Shown: positions 1 through 13,213, counted from the first letter of the stretch. The stretch is 64,000 bases of DNA from Octopus sinensis (GCF_006345805.1 NC_042998.1:203918001-203982000); one strand, 5' to 3'. The notes: a model not told the origin generated them from the sequence alone. Numbers and translations are program-made.

Positions 1-181
1 AATATATTGACCCCCAGTACATGACTGGTACTTCATTTTATCCACCCCGAAACGATGAAAGGCAAAGTTAACCTCAGTGGGATTTCGGCTCAAAACTTAA
101 AGAACTCGAAGAAATTCCGCTAAGCATTTTGTCCAACAGAAACGATTGTGCCAGGTGGCCACCACTGCTCGCCGCCGCCTT
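1..181 (-). mobile_element. tRNA-derived SINE, type M (core GCCTTTCATCCTTTCGGGGTCGAT), diverged
   Basis: Reverse complement matches the AAGGCGGCGAGC head and the core seen at 11291, 42888 and 56070. Confidence 0.8.
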
Positions 182-1499
182 CACATTCTCCATGAATAAG
201 AACGTATATTGATTACGCCATGACACCTCAGAATACTGAAGTGAATGGCTTAAGCCATTCGGTCCTATTGAGCGCTCACACATTGTTGAAAGTAGACGCC
301 ATTTGTGTTTGAGATGATATTAACCAGCTACATTTAGTTTTCAAATACTATTCATGAAAAAAGAGTGGACTGGTTTCAATGGCAGGCCGAGAAGGAAACA
401 TCAGCCGCTCTCTGACAGATTTGTGATCAAGCCTTTGGCAGTGGAAACCTTTCTAGATATTTCTTTGCTGTGAGGAAAAGGAAAGATACGTTGATGATTT
501 ATGCAGAGCCCATCTTCATCAAATTTAGGAAACTATTTCATTAAGCATTATAAGACAAAACCAAGACATAACCAGAACGACTCCAGCTGTTGTCGAATGA
601 TTTAGAAAGTTGTCGTGGCTGTTCTCACCCTCAAGAGTATTTCATTGGCGAACGATGGAATAATCAATGGGAGACACAGGTTGTTCTCCCTGCAGAGTGA
701 CAGCGACACCGTTTCGTCAGCGAAGTATCGACTCGGATGTACCTGTCACCAGTTCACTGGATGATTGATAACTGATGACGTAATGATCCTTAAACAGTTC
801 TTCGTACGGCAGAAGCTAGCAGCCCCTTTTTTCTCCTTCTTCTTCTTCTTCTTCTTCTTCTTCTTCTTCTTCTTCATCACACATCAACAACAAACGACGT
901 CAACCAAAGATTTCAGTGCTACGTTACTAAAGACACGGAATGAAAACTGATATTTTTCTGCAAACGCTAAAACCCGCTGTGAATTGACTTGGTATCAGTT
1001 TGATTAATTAATTCACTGCAATTGCAGACGATAAATGCTATTTATTCATGGCTGACGTGAAATTTCCCTTCCGCAAACACCTGGCATGTCTGACACGAAC
1101 ACATTTCAATGGAAGCCTGTAGTGTGTCACTAAAATCGGTCGCTTGGCTGTTCTATATTAGAACGCTATTTACAAATGTTTCTTCTGCGGATAAAACATT
1201 ACCCAACCCCACCACCACAGCCGCCACCAGACATTCTGTCGTCACGAATGGCACTAAATGCTACAAATAGATAGAAAGTCCGATGGTGATAGGATAAGCT
1301 ACGCTTATATTCTTGCACAGTAAACGACCGGAAAGTAGCATTAATCCGATTTGGTGACGTAATAAATTCTTGGCTAATCTTCTTTATCAAAATATCCACT
1401 AATCTCATCATTTGCTGTCAACTGAAGCGACATCTATGGTAATTTCATAACACTAAATAATTATTTATGTATATCATTTCTGTCTATCAATCTATCTTC

Positions 1500-1710
1500 C
1501 TGTGTTCTTGAGCAAGACTCTTTATTTCACGTTGCTTCAGTTCACTCAGCTGTAGAAATGAGCTGCGACGTCACTGGTGCCTTTCCCTTGGATAACATCG
1601 ACGGCTTGGAGAGGTGGGGCTGGTATGCATGGAGGTCTACTGGTCTTCACAAACAAATTGTCCGGATTTGGACCTCGAAGGGTAACTTTTTAGGCGGAAT
1701 CCCATGGCCA
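1500..1710 (+). mobile_element. SINE type V (CORE-like GTGTTCTTGAGCAAGAC...CTCAGCTGTAGAAATGAG), headless
   Basis: Homologous to 18878-19170, 36866-37050 and 42450-42675. Confidence 0.75.
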
Positions 1711-1843
1711 TATACATATATATATACACCCACATTATTTAGATATATATATGCACACACATTATGTATATATATATATGCATATATACCACACATTATT
1801 TATATATGTATAAATTATAATATATATATATATATATAATATA

Positions 1844-1887
<44 letters not shown>

Positions 1888-1899
1888 TATATATTATAT

Positions 1900-2275
1900 A
1901 GGCGCAGAGGTGGCTGTGTGGTAAGTAGCTTGCTTACTAACCAAATGGTTCTGAGTTCAGTCCCACTGGGTGGCACCTTGGCCTGACCAAAGCTTTGTGA
2001 GTGGATTTGGTACACGGAAACTGAAAGAAGCCTGTCGTATGTATATATGTATGTGTGGATGTGTTTGTGTGTCTGTGTTTGTCCCACACTACCATCGCTT
2101 GACAACCGATGTTGTGTGTTTACGTCTGTGTAGTTTAGCGGTTCGGCAAAAAGAGACCGATAGAATAAGTATTAATCTCACAATGAATAAGTCCTAGAGT
2201 CGTTTTGTTCGACTAAAGGCGGTGCTCCAGTATGGCCGCAGTCAAACGACTGAAGCAAATAAAAGAGTATAAGGT
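1900..2275 (+). mobile_element. SINE type K (GGCGCAG...GTGGCTGTGTGGTAAG head, internal microsatellite, AAAGAGT tail)
   Basis: A/B-box-like head, abuts (TA)n; same element at 22525, 34030 and 40902. An older diverged copy follows at about 2280-2665. Confidence 0.85.
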
Positions 2276-3220
2276 ATAAGCATGGTTGTGCATTGAAGAA
2301 TGTTACTTTGTCACCGTCTGCTTTCGAGTTTAGGACCACTTGCGGCATCTTGAGCAAGTCTCTCCGGCTACATCTCCCATAGACCCGGTGAGTAAATTTG
2401 GTTTTTGTCTGCCAAGTCTACTCAGAAGCTCGTCGTAAATGTGTGTGTATCTTTGTGTTTACCTTTTTCTACCATCACCGCTTGGCAACCAATGTTGTTT
2501 TATTTACGTCACCGTAACCTTGCGGTTTGGCAAAATACAGCGATAGAATAATTAAATGGCTTTAAAAATACGTGTAGCATTCGATTTGTTCCATTAAATC
2601 TCTTTCCAGGGATGCCGCAGAGAGGGTGTAGTCCAACGACTGCAACATGTAAAAGATGAAAAGAATACGCACGCAGTTCGCTGTGTGAATAAGTCAGCCC
2701 CAGGGTGGGAAATTAAAGAAATGTTATCACAGTTATTATTTTTGTTGTCTCACGCGTTCTGATGTTTTTCTACACATTCCGTAAAATTGAACTTCCTTTC
2801 TTTTTACCAAATGCAGTCTCAGGAAAAAAAAAAAGAATTTTTATCATTTTTTTTTTCGCTACGAATTATTCAAGATTCGTTTGGAGGTCACTCAGTCGTA
2901 GTTCGAAAGACAAAAAGTTTAGTTTGAGACATTTTTGTATATAACCAGTTTGTACATGTATTCAACATAAGATGGCTACAGGCCAGGAAAAACAACACCC
3001 ACACAGATTAAAGATCAACACAACAGCAAGGAAAACAAAACGAGAAAGTAGAGAAAATTATTAATGACATGTTGACGGATTAATAATAACAACAACAGTA
3101 GTAGTAGCATTAGCAGTAGCAGCAGTAGTAGTAGTAGTAGTAGCGACAACAGCATCAAAAACATGCGAACGATACTAACAGCAATAATGCAGACACTCAA
3201 ACACACACAGCCGCGCGCAT

Positions 3221-3252
<32 letters not shown>

Positions 3253-3778
3253 CACAACACACACACACAACACACACACACATACACACATACATACACA
3301 CAACACACACACACACAGAAGCACACACACACACACATACACACACACACATACACACACACACACACACGCGCACACAAGTTTGAACAAATGAAGGAAA
3401 CCTTTGTTGTTGTTGTTTTTTGTCAGCAATGCCACCAGGGCAGAAAATTTCAGAGGTTGCGCCACTTGGGCCAATGAAATATGGTCTTGGCAGAATTATC
3501 TGACCAAGAGTCTTGGTCAGTGCTCTTTAGGCGAAAGTGAGAGAGCAGGAAGGTTGAATACATTTCTGTATCACCAAGAACGGGGATTCATTTCTTTATC
3601 CCCTCAGACGTATAATTGAAGGTAGCTCTGAAGGTAAGAGTGTGGAGCGATATCTTCTCTACCAGTGAGGGTGGGGAGGGTTTAAGAGATCCTATGCCTA
3701 ATTTGGAAAACTTAGGAAGGATGGAGGACGAAAGCCGAGCTGCATCCTCCACCGTGAAGGATGTTGGCGATGATGCTG

Positions 3779-4134
3779 TTGCTGTTGCTGTTGAGCGAAG
3801 CAGTGGGAGAAGTCCGAAACGTGGTCCTTTGCTGTTCGTAAGACCCGCAGAAGAGAGAGCAGGTCAACCCCGACACCGAGAGCATCGACGGATGGATGAA
3901 TGCGCATCCAGTCATCGGGTTGCGTAGGAAGTCGGGGACAAGAAAACAGAAGAAAGAGTGAGAGAAAGTTGGGGCGAATGAGTACAAAAGGGGTCGCCAA
4001 CATCCCCCCTGCCAGAGCCTCGTGGAGCTTTAGGTGTTTTCGCTCAATAAACACACACAACACCCGGTTTGGGAATCGAAACCGTGATCGTCCGACCGCG
4101 TGTCCACTGCCCTAACCGCTGGGTCATTGCGCCA
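3779..4134 (-). mobile_element. SINE type R (GGCGCAATG head, GAGCGAAAACACCTAAAGCTCCACGAGG core), tail 1
   Basis: 15-bp TSD TTGGCGATGATGCTG at 3764-3778 and 4135-4149; tRNA-like head with GGTTTCGATTCC B-box. Confidence 0.85.
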
Positions 4135-4384
4135 TTGGCGATGATGCTGACGACGGGTCGCTGTCACCTTCATAGCACAATGCAGGCCGATAACGAGGGT
4201 CAACAAGTGGTTGCGTGGGTTCAGCAGATGGATATCTAATTATTAATGACACCCGAAAATCATTCAGCAGTATACAGCAGTAATGCTCCGTTGCTAATGT
4301 AGAAGGAATAGCCGTGAGTTGATAGTGTAGGACAGAAGGCCTAGCTGCTACGTCAACTAAGGGTCAACTAAGGACTTCTTACAG

Positions 4385-4479
4385 ACAAGAACCCAAGAAG
4401 CATAGAAAATGAACCAGCAGATCCACCATCAACAACCAAAGCTGTCAAGGAATGCCAAAATTTTGTGGATCGCATGCGG
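4385..4479 (+). CDS. Candidate internal exon of an unknown host gene (..KNPRSIENEPADPPSTTKAVKECQNFVDRMR)
   Basis: cttcttacAG acceptor and GTGAGT donor around a 95-nt non-repetitive segment with an open frame. Weak polypyrimidine tract; no recognised homology. Confidence 0.25.
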
Positions 4480-4984
4480 GTGAGTTCTAAGTTTCTCTTG
4501 CTCCACCGTTATATATCATTTAATAACACCGTTAAGGATATATTTTCTTATACTTAGTCGTATGTTTGGCGTAAGTATAAAAAGATTTAAAACAGACTGA
4601 AAGATAAAATGGCGGAAACGGAATGGCTGGATTCACATCTGATTATAGTTCTGCACGATCAGGGTCTATCTGGGGCTAAACTACAATAGAACCACGGGAT
4701 AATGGATATCTGCCTTGTTTCGGATTTTGAAAGGTACGAAGTTAGTAGGACACAATAACACTGACTACAGCCATGACAGCAATAATAACAACAATGACAA
4801 CACAAACAACAACAGAATCAAGGACAGCAGCAAAATAAATCACACGAAAAACGATAGAAACTAGAAATTCCTGTGGAAATTTCTCGCTCCGTTTTGTGCT
4901 GGAGTGTCACTTATGGAGATCTCTACTGTCCGTAGTAATAGCGCTTCATTATTCCTCATAATGGTTTCCAATTTTGACAAACGG

Positions 4985-5770
4985 CCACTAACCACGGGGC
5001 AGAGGGCAAGTTGACTAAATCGACCCCAGTGCTTAACTGGTACTTATTACATCGACCCCTGAACGGTGAAAGACAAAGTCGACCTCGGCGGAATTTGAAC
5101 TCAGAACGTAAAGGAGACGAAATACCTATTTCTTACTACCCACAAGGGGCGTAAACACAGAAAGAACAAACAGGACAGACAAGGACAAGAATCGATTAAA
5201 GTATGATTATAGGATCGACCCCAGTGTGTAACTGGTACTTATTTAATCGACCCCGAAAGGATGAAAGGCAAAGTCGACCTCGGCGGAATTTGAACTCAGA
5301 ACGTAACGGCAGATGAAATGCCTATTTCTTTACTACCCACAGGGGCTAAACACAGAAGGATAGACAACAGGGAAAAAGGGACACAAACGATTTAGTCGAT
5401 TATATCGACCCAGTGTGTAACTGGTACTTATTTAATCGCCCCCGAAAGATGAAAGGTAAAGTCGGACCTCGGCGGAATTTGAACTCAGAACGTAACGGCA
5501 GACGAAATACCGCTAGGCATTTCGCCCGGCGTGCTAACCACTCTGCCAGCTCGCCGCCTTATCAGTATTCTTCATTCCACTAACCACGGGGCAGGGGGAA
5601 ACTCGATTAGGTCGACCCCACTGCTTAACTGGTACTTATTACATCGACCCCTGAAAGGTATAAAACAAAGTTGACATCAACGGAATTTGAACTCAGCACG
5701 TAACGACGGATGAAATACCGCTAAACATTTTATCCGGCATGCTTAACGATTCTGGCAGCTTGCCGCCTTA
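4985..5770 (-). mobile_element. Tandem cluster of about 4 type M SINE units
   Basis: Repeated ATCGACCCCGAAAGGATGAAAGGCAAAGTCGACCTCGGCGGAATTTGAACTCAGAACG blocks. Confidence 0.88.
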
Positions 5771-6098
5771 TCATCATTCTTCATTATATTTCGATGGATT
5801 TTTCTTCTTGCTTTCGTAAAAGTACAGATTCCTACTAAAATGTCCAGCAGTTTACTTAAAAGTGCAGCAGTGACTTCGCGAACGAGTCTCTCCCAGAGTT
5901 TCATAATAAATGACTTCCGTTTTGATATTTCCGTAATTCTTGCTGACAAACAACTGGCTTCCAACTGACAGTGAAATTTTGAGAATTTGCTTTTGTCCAC
6001 GTGACAGTAAATTTATACGTACGGAAAATGTCTGTGTGCGTGCGTGCGTGCGTGTGAGTGTGTGTGCTGTATGTGTGTGTGTATTTATGCAAATATAC

Positions 6099-6330
6099 AT
6101 TTCTTTACTGCCCACAAGGGGCTAAATACAGAGAGGACAAACAAGGACAGATAAACGGATTAAGTCGATTACATCGACCCCAGTACGAAAATGGTACTTA
6201 ATTTATCGACCCCGAAAGGATGAAAGGCAAAGACGACCTCGGCGGAATTTGAACTCAGAACGTATCGACAGACAAAATACCGCTAAGCATTTCGCCCGGC
6301 GTGCTAACCACTTCTGCCAGCTCGCCGCCT
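6099..6330 (-). mobile_element. Type M SINE, full length
   Basis: TSD TATTTA(T/C)GCAAATATAC at about 6082-6098 and 6331-6347. Confidence 0.9.
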
Positions 6331-6345
6331 TATTTACGCAAATAT

Positions 6346-7016
6346 ACGTAGTCCGATGAATAAGTATCCGGTCTGTTGCTATAGTTACGAAGCTTAAGCA
6401 CGCTGACTGAAGCTGTTCAGCACAGATTGACCTTGAACTCTGCTGTACATGCGCACTAAGTTTTAACGTTCTAGCAGCTCATTCCCGCTGTTTACAGCAA
6501 TGCTTGGAAGGAAGGTGTGTAATGTGTGATCCTCGCATTGACGACTCCTTCACAGAGATCTTGTGCAACAAAAACCTGGATGTCTTTTTGGTAAAAACAG
6601 TTTTGGCACAAACTTGACCGACACGCGTCTCATACCCGAAACTTCAGTGATAATGAACTGAACTGAACCGTAACTAATCTGCACATCTGATAACTCACGG
6701 ATGGTGATTCGACGATATCCTCTCACAGCTGCTCGGACATCTGCGATGTCTTTTCTCAGTCCTGCTGGTTGCGGGTCTCCCAGAACGTTCATCAACATCG
6801 ATATTTTTTCCGGCCATCTTTGAAACGTCGGAACCACTCGTACATTCGTGTGACGCTCGTACTCTCCTCTTTATACACTTTCTGCAACTTTGCGCATGCT
6901 TCTGAACAGGTGTCATCATGACAACTTTCTCTGTCATGGTCAATGCGACGAACACACTCTACACACCTTCCTTCCCAGCATTGCTGTAAACAGAGAAATT
7001 GAGCTAGAACGTTAAC
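6346..7016 (-). mobile_element. Mariner (Tc1/mariner) deletion derivative with long inverted repeats
   Basis: Frameshifted N-terminal transposase peptides (MYEWFRRFKDGR, DERSGRPATSRT, RRITIRELS..ISYGSVQFIITEVSGMRRVSVKFVPKL). Inverted arms at about 6464-6544 and 6937-7015. Confidence 0.85.
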
Positions 7017-7088
7017 ACATTTATGTGTGTATGTGTGTGTTTTGTATGTATGTATACACACACACACATATATATAATATTATATACC

Positions 7089-7121
<33 letters not shown>

Positions 7122-7123
7122 AT

Positions 7124-7153
<30 letters not shown>

Positions 7154-7154
<1 letters not shown>

Positions 7155-7380
7155 GGGAGAGTTTACGAAAAAAACAAAAGACGAGACAGGTGGTGTACAA
7201 AACGAACAGATGTATTAGTATAACGCTCAAGAATAGAAAAAGTCTTTTAAGTTTCGAGCCTACACTTTTCTACAGAAAGGGACACAGAAAAAAACAAGGA
7301 GAGAAAAAAATGAGAGAAACAGGGAGGAAAAAAAGGAGAGAAAAAAAAGTGTGTAGTGGCTAACGATGTATCATGGCGAC
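7154..7380 (-). mobile_element. Short PLE pLTR-like element, family F1, with degenerate HHR (7245-7279, core CUGUAGA)
   Basis: Homologous to 12659, 19577, 19788 and 59657; abuts (TA)n. Confidence 0.7.
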
Positions 7381-7966
7381 TATATATAATGCAAATAAGT
7401 AAGAAGGATGTCGTATAGATGTGTGTGTGTGTGTGTGTGTGGTGTGTGTGTGTGTGTGTAGTAATTCGAATCCATTTTCCAGCTGCCTGTACTTCAATGC
7501 TATAAAGTACATAGAGTTCTAAACAGATGGACGTAGAATGTGCTCTGTCGAGGCAGATACGTGACGAATATAATTGAAAATGTCTTCGTGTTTACAGCAC
7601 GGGAAGTCGCATAGGAGAAGCGCAATGGCGAGCAAAAAAGCTTGGTAATGTTTAAATAGCAAGAGAATACCAAAACGGATTGGTTTAACTTGGCTTTTGC
7701 ATAAGTTCATTGCTACAATTTCTTGGGTACCATTTCTGCAGAAGGTAAAGAAAGGATCTGCAGGGGTTTTGCAACAGCTTTCATGCCTGTTTTTAGGAGA
7801 AAAGAGGAGAATTCCATCCGGGCGGACTTTCAGCTCATCTCATCAATGGTCGATATTACATCTTCCGCTTTTATGTAATCAATTCAATCGATGGTTGCCT
7901 TTTCCCGATGCAGGTCTGCAATGTTGAAGAACACTTTAGGCTCGCCCACTTGCCAGCGTCCCTGTC

Positions 7967-8019
<53 letters not shown>

Positions 8020-8021
8020 GT

Positions 8022-8070
<49 letters not shown>

Positions 8071-8094
8071 TATAATATATATAATATATATATA

Positions 8095-8144
<50 letters not shown>

Positions 8145-8297
8145 GCATATATGTATATATGTACGAATATATATGTATACATATATATAATGTATATATG
8201 TATACATGTATGTATAATATAGTTATATACAAATAATATATGTTTGTATGTTTGTAAGCATGTGTGCGTATACGTATATATTATATATATATATACG

Positions 8298-8346
<49 letters not shown>

Positions 8347-8430
8347 GGTCCCGGGTTGATTCGGGTTAACCACAGTAAATAAGGTACTCAATACATAGCA
8401 GAGTAAAATTAATTATTATATAGAAGGAGC

Positions 8431-8469
<39 letters not shown>

Positions 8470-8984
8470 TATATATATAATATAAATAAGATATACATAT
8501 ATATGCATATACACACATACATGTACATGCCTACATATATATGTATATATACATGCATATATGGGTACAGAGCGTCAAAACACGTGAACAAAGGGAGAAA
8601 CGAGAACATAAAAAGCAAAAGCATGGAAAACGAACTTTTTTCGAACAACGAAAGAAACAAGTAGAGAAACGAGGCAACATAAAGAACAATCCCCTCAATA
8701 GTTGTTGCCTGTTTTATCTACTCCGCGGTTCGAAGGTAGGGACAAGACGCGACTTCGTTAAAACAATCCTTCCCGCAAACAAATTAAATAAAATTTGGGA
8801 TTTTTTGTGGAGGGTTAAAGTGATAACAAAAACAGGACAGTAGGAATAAAACATGACATGCATCCATTTCCAAGTATGTGTGTGTGTGTGTGTGCGTGTG
8901 TGTGCGTGTGTGTGTGCGTGTGTGCGTGTGTGTGTGTGCGTGTGTGTGTGCGTGTGTGTGTGCCTGTGTGTGAATATATACGCG

Positions 8985-10157
8985 CATCCTCGATGATAGT
9001 GATGCTGTTGACATCGTTTTATTGGACTTTGCCAAAGCTTTTGACTCGGTAAACCACCGCCTATTACTTGTCAAGCTTCAAGCATATAGTTTCCATCCAG
9101 ATATTGTACGATGGGTTGGTGCCTTCCTCTCAGATCGTTCCTTCCAAGTCCAAGTTAATGGTTCGCGTCGACGTCTCCAATGCGAGCAGTGGCGTGCCTC
9201 AGGTTCTGTGCTTGGGCCCTTGTTGTTCTTAGTCTTCATAATGACTTGCCCGACGACCTCACGCAACACACCCTTTCTATTTGCCGACGATATCAAACTG
9301 GTCGCTCCTCGGGTGTATAGAGGATCTTCGTCGATGCCTCCACCAAATTTGGAAGTGGTCTAACGATTGGGACCTGTGTTCTGAACGTGTCAAAGTGCTG
9401 TCATCTGCCTGTGGCTCTCCTCCTGCAACTCAACTTGATTTCTAGCCGGGTCGTCTGCTGCTGGAGAGGACCGATCAGGTAAGGACCTGGGTATCTTGGT
9501 GGATTCCTCCTTTTCGCCTTCGGCCCCAGTGCATCCATGCTGCCAACAAAGCACGCGGAATTCTGTTCTTGATTCGACGGTCATTCGGACTGCTCACAGC
9601 AGCCATATTCCTACCACTCTATGTCCCTGGTGAGACCCATATTGGAGTATGGATTCAAGCCTCTTCTCCTTATCTCCTCAAAGACATACATCATCTCGAA
9701 AGAGTCCAGAAGCTGGCTACCCGCATGGTTCATGGTCTCAAAAATTTGTCCTACGAAGAAAGGCTGAGGACGCTCGACATTTATTCTCTTGAAAAACGCC
9801 GCCGCCGTGGTGATCTCATTCTCGCCCACAACATCATAAGCGGGGAGTGTAACCTCTCGAAAGAGCTGTTCTTCACTCCTGCTCCAGAGCGTCGGTGCGG
9901 GGTCATTCCGAAAAGCTCTACCTGCGACGATTTCATCTCAATCGAAGGAGAGGAGCTTTCTCCATCCGGGTGCGGATCCGTGGAACAAGCTGCCAGACGA
10001 GATGGTGAAAGATGCGACGACCGCTTTGTTCAAAGCCTCCCTGGACCTCAAGTGGCCTGAACTCTTTACATGAACACCACCCTGTACTTAACTCCATGTC
10101 CCCCTACATGGCCTTGCTATTTGCTTTTGAGCCAAATTAACTAACTAACTAACTAAC
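8985..10157 (+). mobile_element. 5'-truncated CR1-like LINE (RT C-terminal half, 3' UTR, (TAAC)n tail)
   Basis: DFAKAFDSVNH, GSVLGPLLFLVF, LFADDIKL, LERVQKLATRMV..LSYEERL..YSLEKRRRRGDLI; frameshifted; ends in TAAC repeats. Confidence 0.92.
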
Positions 10158-10244
10158 ATATACATATATATATATATATTGATAAAAATGGTAAGACAAC
10201 AAAAGAAAGAGATGTCGATATTATGTAAATAGAGGAATTTATCT

Positions 10245-10335
10245 GTAAATGTAATATGTGACAATTATTCGGTAGCCATGATAAAACTCCGAGTTTTATC
10301 ATGGCTACCGAATAATTGTCACATATCATATTTAC
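10245..10335. repeat. Near-perfect hairpin (about 45-bp arms) in a TA-adjacent insert
   Basis: ATATGTGACAATTATTCGGTAGCCATGATAAAACTC-C-GAGTTTTATCATGGCTACCGAATAATTGTCACATAT. Confidence 0.9.
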
Positions 10336-10608
10336 TCACACACACACACACACACTGTCACTAGCTACGCAGACGATGCAACATTACTACTGGTAATAAA
10401 AAATCCGGATGACGTCACAAGCTATAGCAGGATCTGAATGCAAACTACAAATGAGCTGAGGTAAACAGGATGCAGTTTTATACTGGGAAACGCATGAATG
10501 CCCTGCAGCCTGCATGTACAGGACTCGAAGGCACTGCAATCCGAGAGTCACAGGTTGCGAAAGATCTGGGGATCAGTATGTGCATTGGTGCCTCATTTTA
10601 TATGCACA

Positions 10609-11006
10609 CTAGCAGTATCGCCCGGCGTTGCTCGGGTTTGTAAGGGAAATAACTATATAAGCATTTTTAGAGATGTAAAGTATAATAGCCATCTCAATAT
10701 GGCTAACCACAAAGGGGGGGGGGGGGTTACTGTAGCTTTTAAGTTCTGAGATTTAATAATAAACTTTCAGAGAGTTACTTCCCTTATATATGCCAAAAAT
10801 GCATTAAAAATGGGAAAAATTTATTGTAATTTTTTTTTTAATCGTAGACTCATCGTAGACGCGCGCTAATACCCAGAAGGGCTCGATATGAATCACGACT
10901 ATAAGATACCCGGTTTTGGTTAAACTGCACCGCAAAATGTGGGAGTAGTTAGGAATCTAAATCGTAGGAGACAGACAGCACACAACCTCACTTTTATATA
11001 TAAAGA
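10609..11006 (-). mobile_element. Non-autonomous Helitron (about 400 bp)
   Basis: Minus strand begins TC(TTTATATATAAAAG) and ends with hairpin CCCG-AGCAACGC-CGGG then CTAG. Inserted between A and T with no TSD; the CR1 frame resumes across it. Confidence 0.85.
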
Positions 11007-11290
11007 TTACCAAGATGGTAGCAAAGTGCAGACAACTGGCAGGATGGCTATTAAGGTCCTTCAAGAAAAGAAGACCAAGAAGTTATGTTGAGACTGTGGA
11101 GGGCCTTTGTTCTCAGCCACCTGGACTACTGCTCTCAGCTATGGTCACCACATAGTGCCAAACTAACAGCGGAGCCTGAAGCAGTCCACGAAGAATATTG
11201 AAACTCTGAAGACGATGAGCTACAAGGAGAAGCGAAAAAAACTACGATTCTACTCCAGGGAACGAAGGTGCGACATGTATGTAATAATCT

Positions 11291-11504
11291 AAGGCGGCGA
11301 GCTGGGCAAAATGCTGAGCGGTATTTCGTCTGCGTTACGTTCGAGTTCAAATTCCGCCGAGGTCGACTTTGCCTTTCATCCTTTCGGGGTCGATAAATTA
11401 AGTACCAGTTACGCACTGGGGGTCGTGTAATCGACTTAATACATTCTGTCTGTCCTTGTTTGTCTCCTCTGTGTTTAGCCCCTTGTGGGTAATAAAGAAA
11501 TAGG
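11291..11504 (+). mobile_element. Type M SINE inside the CR1 copy
   Basis: TSD TATGTAATAATCTA on both sides. Confidence 0.9.
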
Positions 11505-12185
11505 TATGTAATAATCTACAAATGAGAAACTCTAGAAAGGTTAGTACCTAATTTCGACGTTGAATCTTATACAAATGCCAGAAGTGGACGCCTTTGTATT
11601 GCACTAAAGGTACTGTCCACTCCATCTATATTCAGGACTAGTTTCTCCAAGAGCCTGGGGTTGGAAGGTCCACAGCTCTTCAATCCCCTGCCACAGAAAT
11701 TAAGAAATCTACATATTGTGGACATAGATGTCTTCAAAAAGATACTAGACATCTTCCTCTCCACAATATGGGATGAACCAACGACCCGGTACGAGGTATA
11801 AGATGAGGGCATGAGTCCAGGGCAGCGGAATAAAATCCCTCAGACACCAAATGGACCAACAGCTGGGACAAGGCACACACAGAAGTGGTGATGTGAAATA
11901 CCCCAGCCTCAGGAAACCAGCAAAGCCACACTGGTGCTCCAGCATGACCGCAGCTGCATGGCTGAGACGAATAAGAGAACAAAAGGAAAGAATAGAATAT
12001 ATGCATGTATGTATGTATGTATGTATGTATGTATGTATGTATGTATGTATGTATGTATGTATGTATGTATGTATGTATGTATGTGTATGTATGTTGTATG
12101 GGTGGTATGAATGAATGTATACAAGGAGAGAAGTAATAGTCAAAAACAGAATTGCATAAATTTCATAGGATGCATAATGTGATTG

Positions 12186-12280
12186 TTCTCGACAGCTGTT
12201 TCAATGGAGTAAAAATATCATTTATATTATTATGTGATTAACACACATAATTATTATAAATGCAATGAGTAACTCATCAC
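12186..12280 (-). ncRNA. Truncated HHR remnant (long helix II, GAA-ACAGCUGU-C)
   Basis: Palindromic helix III, GUC triplet and a long hairpin are present; the 5' core is disrupted at a (CA)n tract. Confidence 0.4.
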
Positions 12281-12362
12281 ACACACAGTGTGTGTGTGTG
12301 AGATAGAGAAGGAGAGAGAGAGAGAGCTATATGCCATGCTCTGTAAAGGTATATTAATAAGA

Positions 12363-12397
<35 letters not shown>

Positions 12398-12433
12398 ATA
12401 ATTTTCTTATTAATATACCTTAACACACACACT

Positions 12434-12503
<70 letters not shown>

Positions 12504-12509
12504 TATATA

Positions 12510-12620
12510 TCACCGTGACCGACCAGGCTATCAGATGTTGCTACACATTGCTGGTTACAATGCACTTCGCGTTGTTTTAGCCTTCAAATGATGCCACCCC
12601 CTGGCTAAGCAAGCAGGGCC

Positions 12621-12621
<1 letters not shown>
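12510..12621 (-). mobile_element. 3' tail fragment of type R SINE (tail 2) in (TA)n
   Basis: Reverse complement of 16722-16835. Confidence 0.8.
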
Positions 12622-12658
<37 letters not shown>

Positions 12659-12659
<1 letters not shown>

Positions 12660-12862
12660 ACGGGAAGCTTTATGAAAATAAACAAAAGACGAAGGCAGGT
12701 GGAAAACAAACGAACAATTGTATAGTATGGCGCTCAGGAAATATAAATAAAAACAAGTCTTTAACGTTTCGAGCCTACGCTCTTCAACAGAAAGATACAC
12801 AGAGAGGAAAAAACACAGAAAGAGAGGAGAGAAAAAAAATGCGTGCAGTAGCTAACGAATCA
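12659..12862 (-). mobile_element. F1 pLTR-like element
   Basis: Between TA-rich tracts; carries the HHR at 12758-12795. Confidence 0.75.
12758..12795 (-). ncRNA. Minimal type-I HHR, A6U core variant
   Basis: UCUUU-CUGUUGA-A-GAGC(GUAG)GCUC-GAA-ACGU-U-AAAGA. Confidence 0.7.
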
Positions 12863-12971
12863 ACATATATATGTATATATATATATGTATATATGTATAT
12901 ATGTATGTTGTATGTATGTATGTATGTATGTATGTATGTATGTATGTATGTATGTATGTATGTATGCATGT

Positions 12972-13213
12972 ATTAATGAAATTCCAACTTAGTCTGATTT
13001 TTCACGTTTTATTATTTACAGTTTTTACAATTTTACAATATTATAATAGAATATTATATATTTATTGTGATAAAACTAGTACTTTCATGCGTTACGCGAT
13101 CATCAGGTTTATGTAGTAGTAAATATATAATATTCGATTATTATAATACTGCGAAATTGTAAAAACTGTAAATAATTAAACGTGAAAATCAGACGAGGTT
13201 GGAATGTCATTGA
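12972..13213. repeat. Inverted repeat (about 95-bp arms) enclosing an HHR; inverted-pLTR structure
   Basis: AATGAAATTCCAACTTAGTCTGATTTTTCACG... versus ...CGTGAAAATCAGACGAGGTTGGAATGTCATT. Confidence 0.85.
13071..13113 (-). ncRNA. Minimal type-I HHR, canonical core
   Basis: AUAAAC-CUGAUGA-UCGCGUAACGCAU-GAA-AGUACU-A-GUUUUAU; palindromic helix III. Confidence 0.78.

Larger units (their letters stand above)
10355..11840 (+). mobile_element. Degraded CR1-like LINE interrupted by a Helitron and a SINE
   Basis: SYADDATLL, KDLGISM and FVLSHLDYCSQLWSPH read across the insertions. Confidence 0.8.

Noticed and set aside
362-412. HHR-like string on minus (CUGAUGU...GAAACCAGUC)
   Set aside because: A9 is missing, there is no credible helix II, and helix I is out of register.
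3420-3760. Possible degraded LINE RT on minus, and ORF 3616-3927
   Set aside because: No unambiguous motif; the ORF runs into a SINE.
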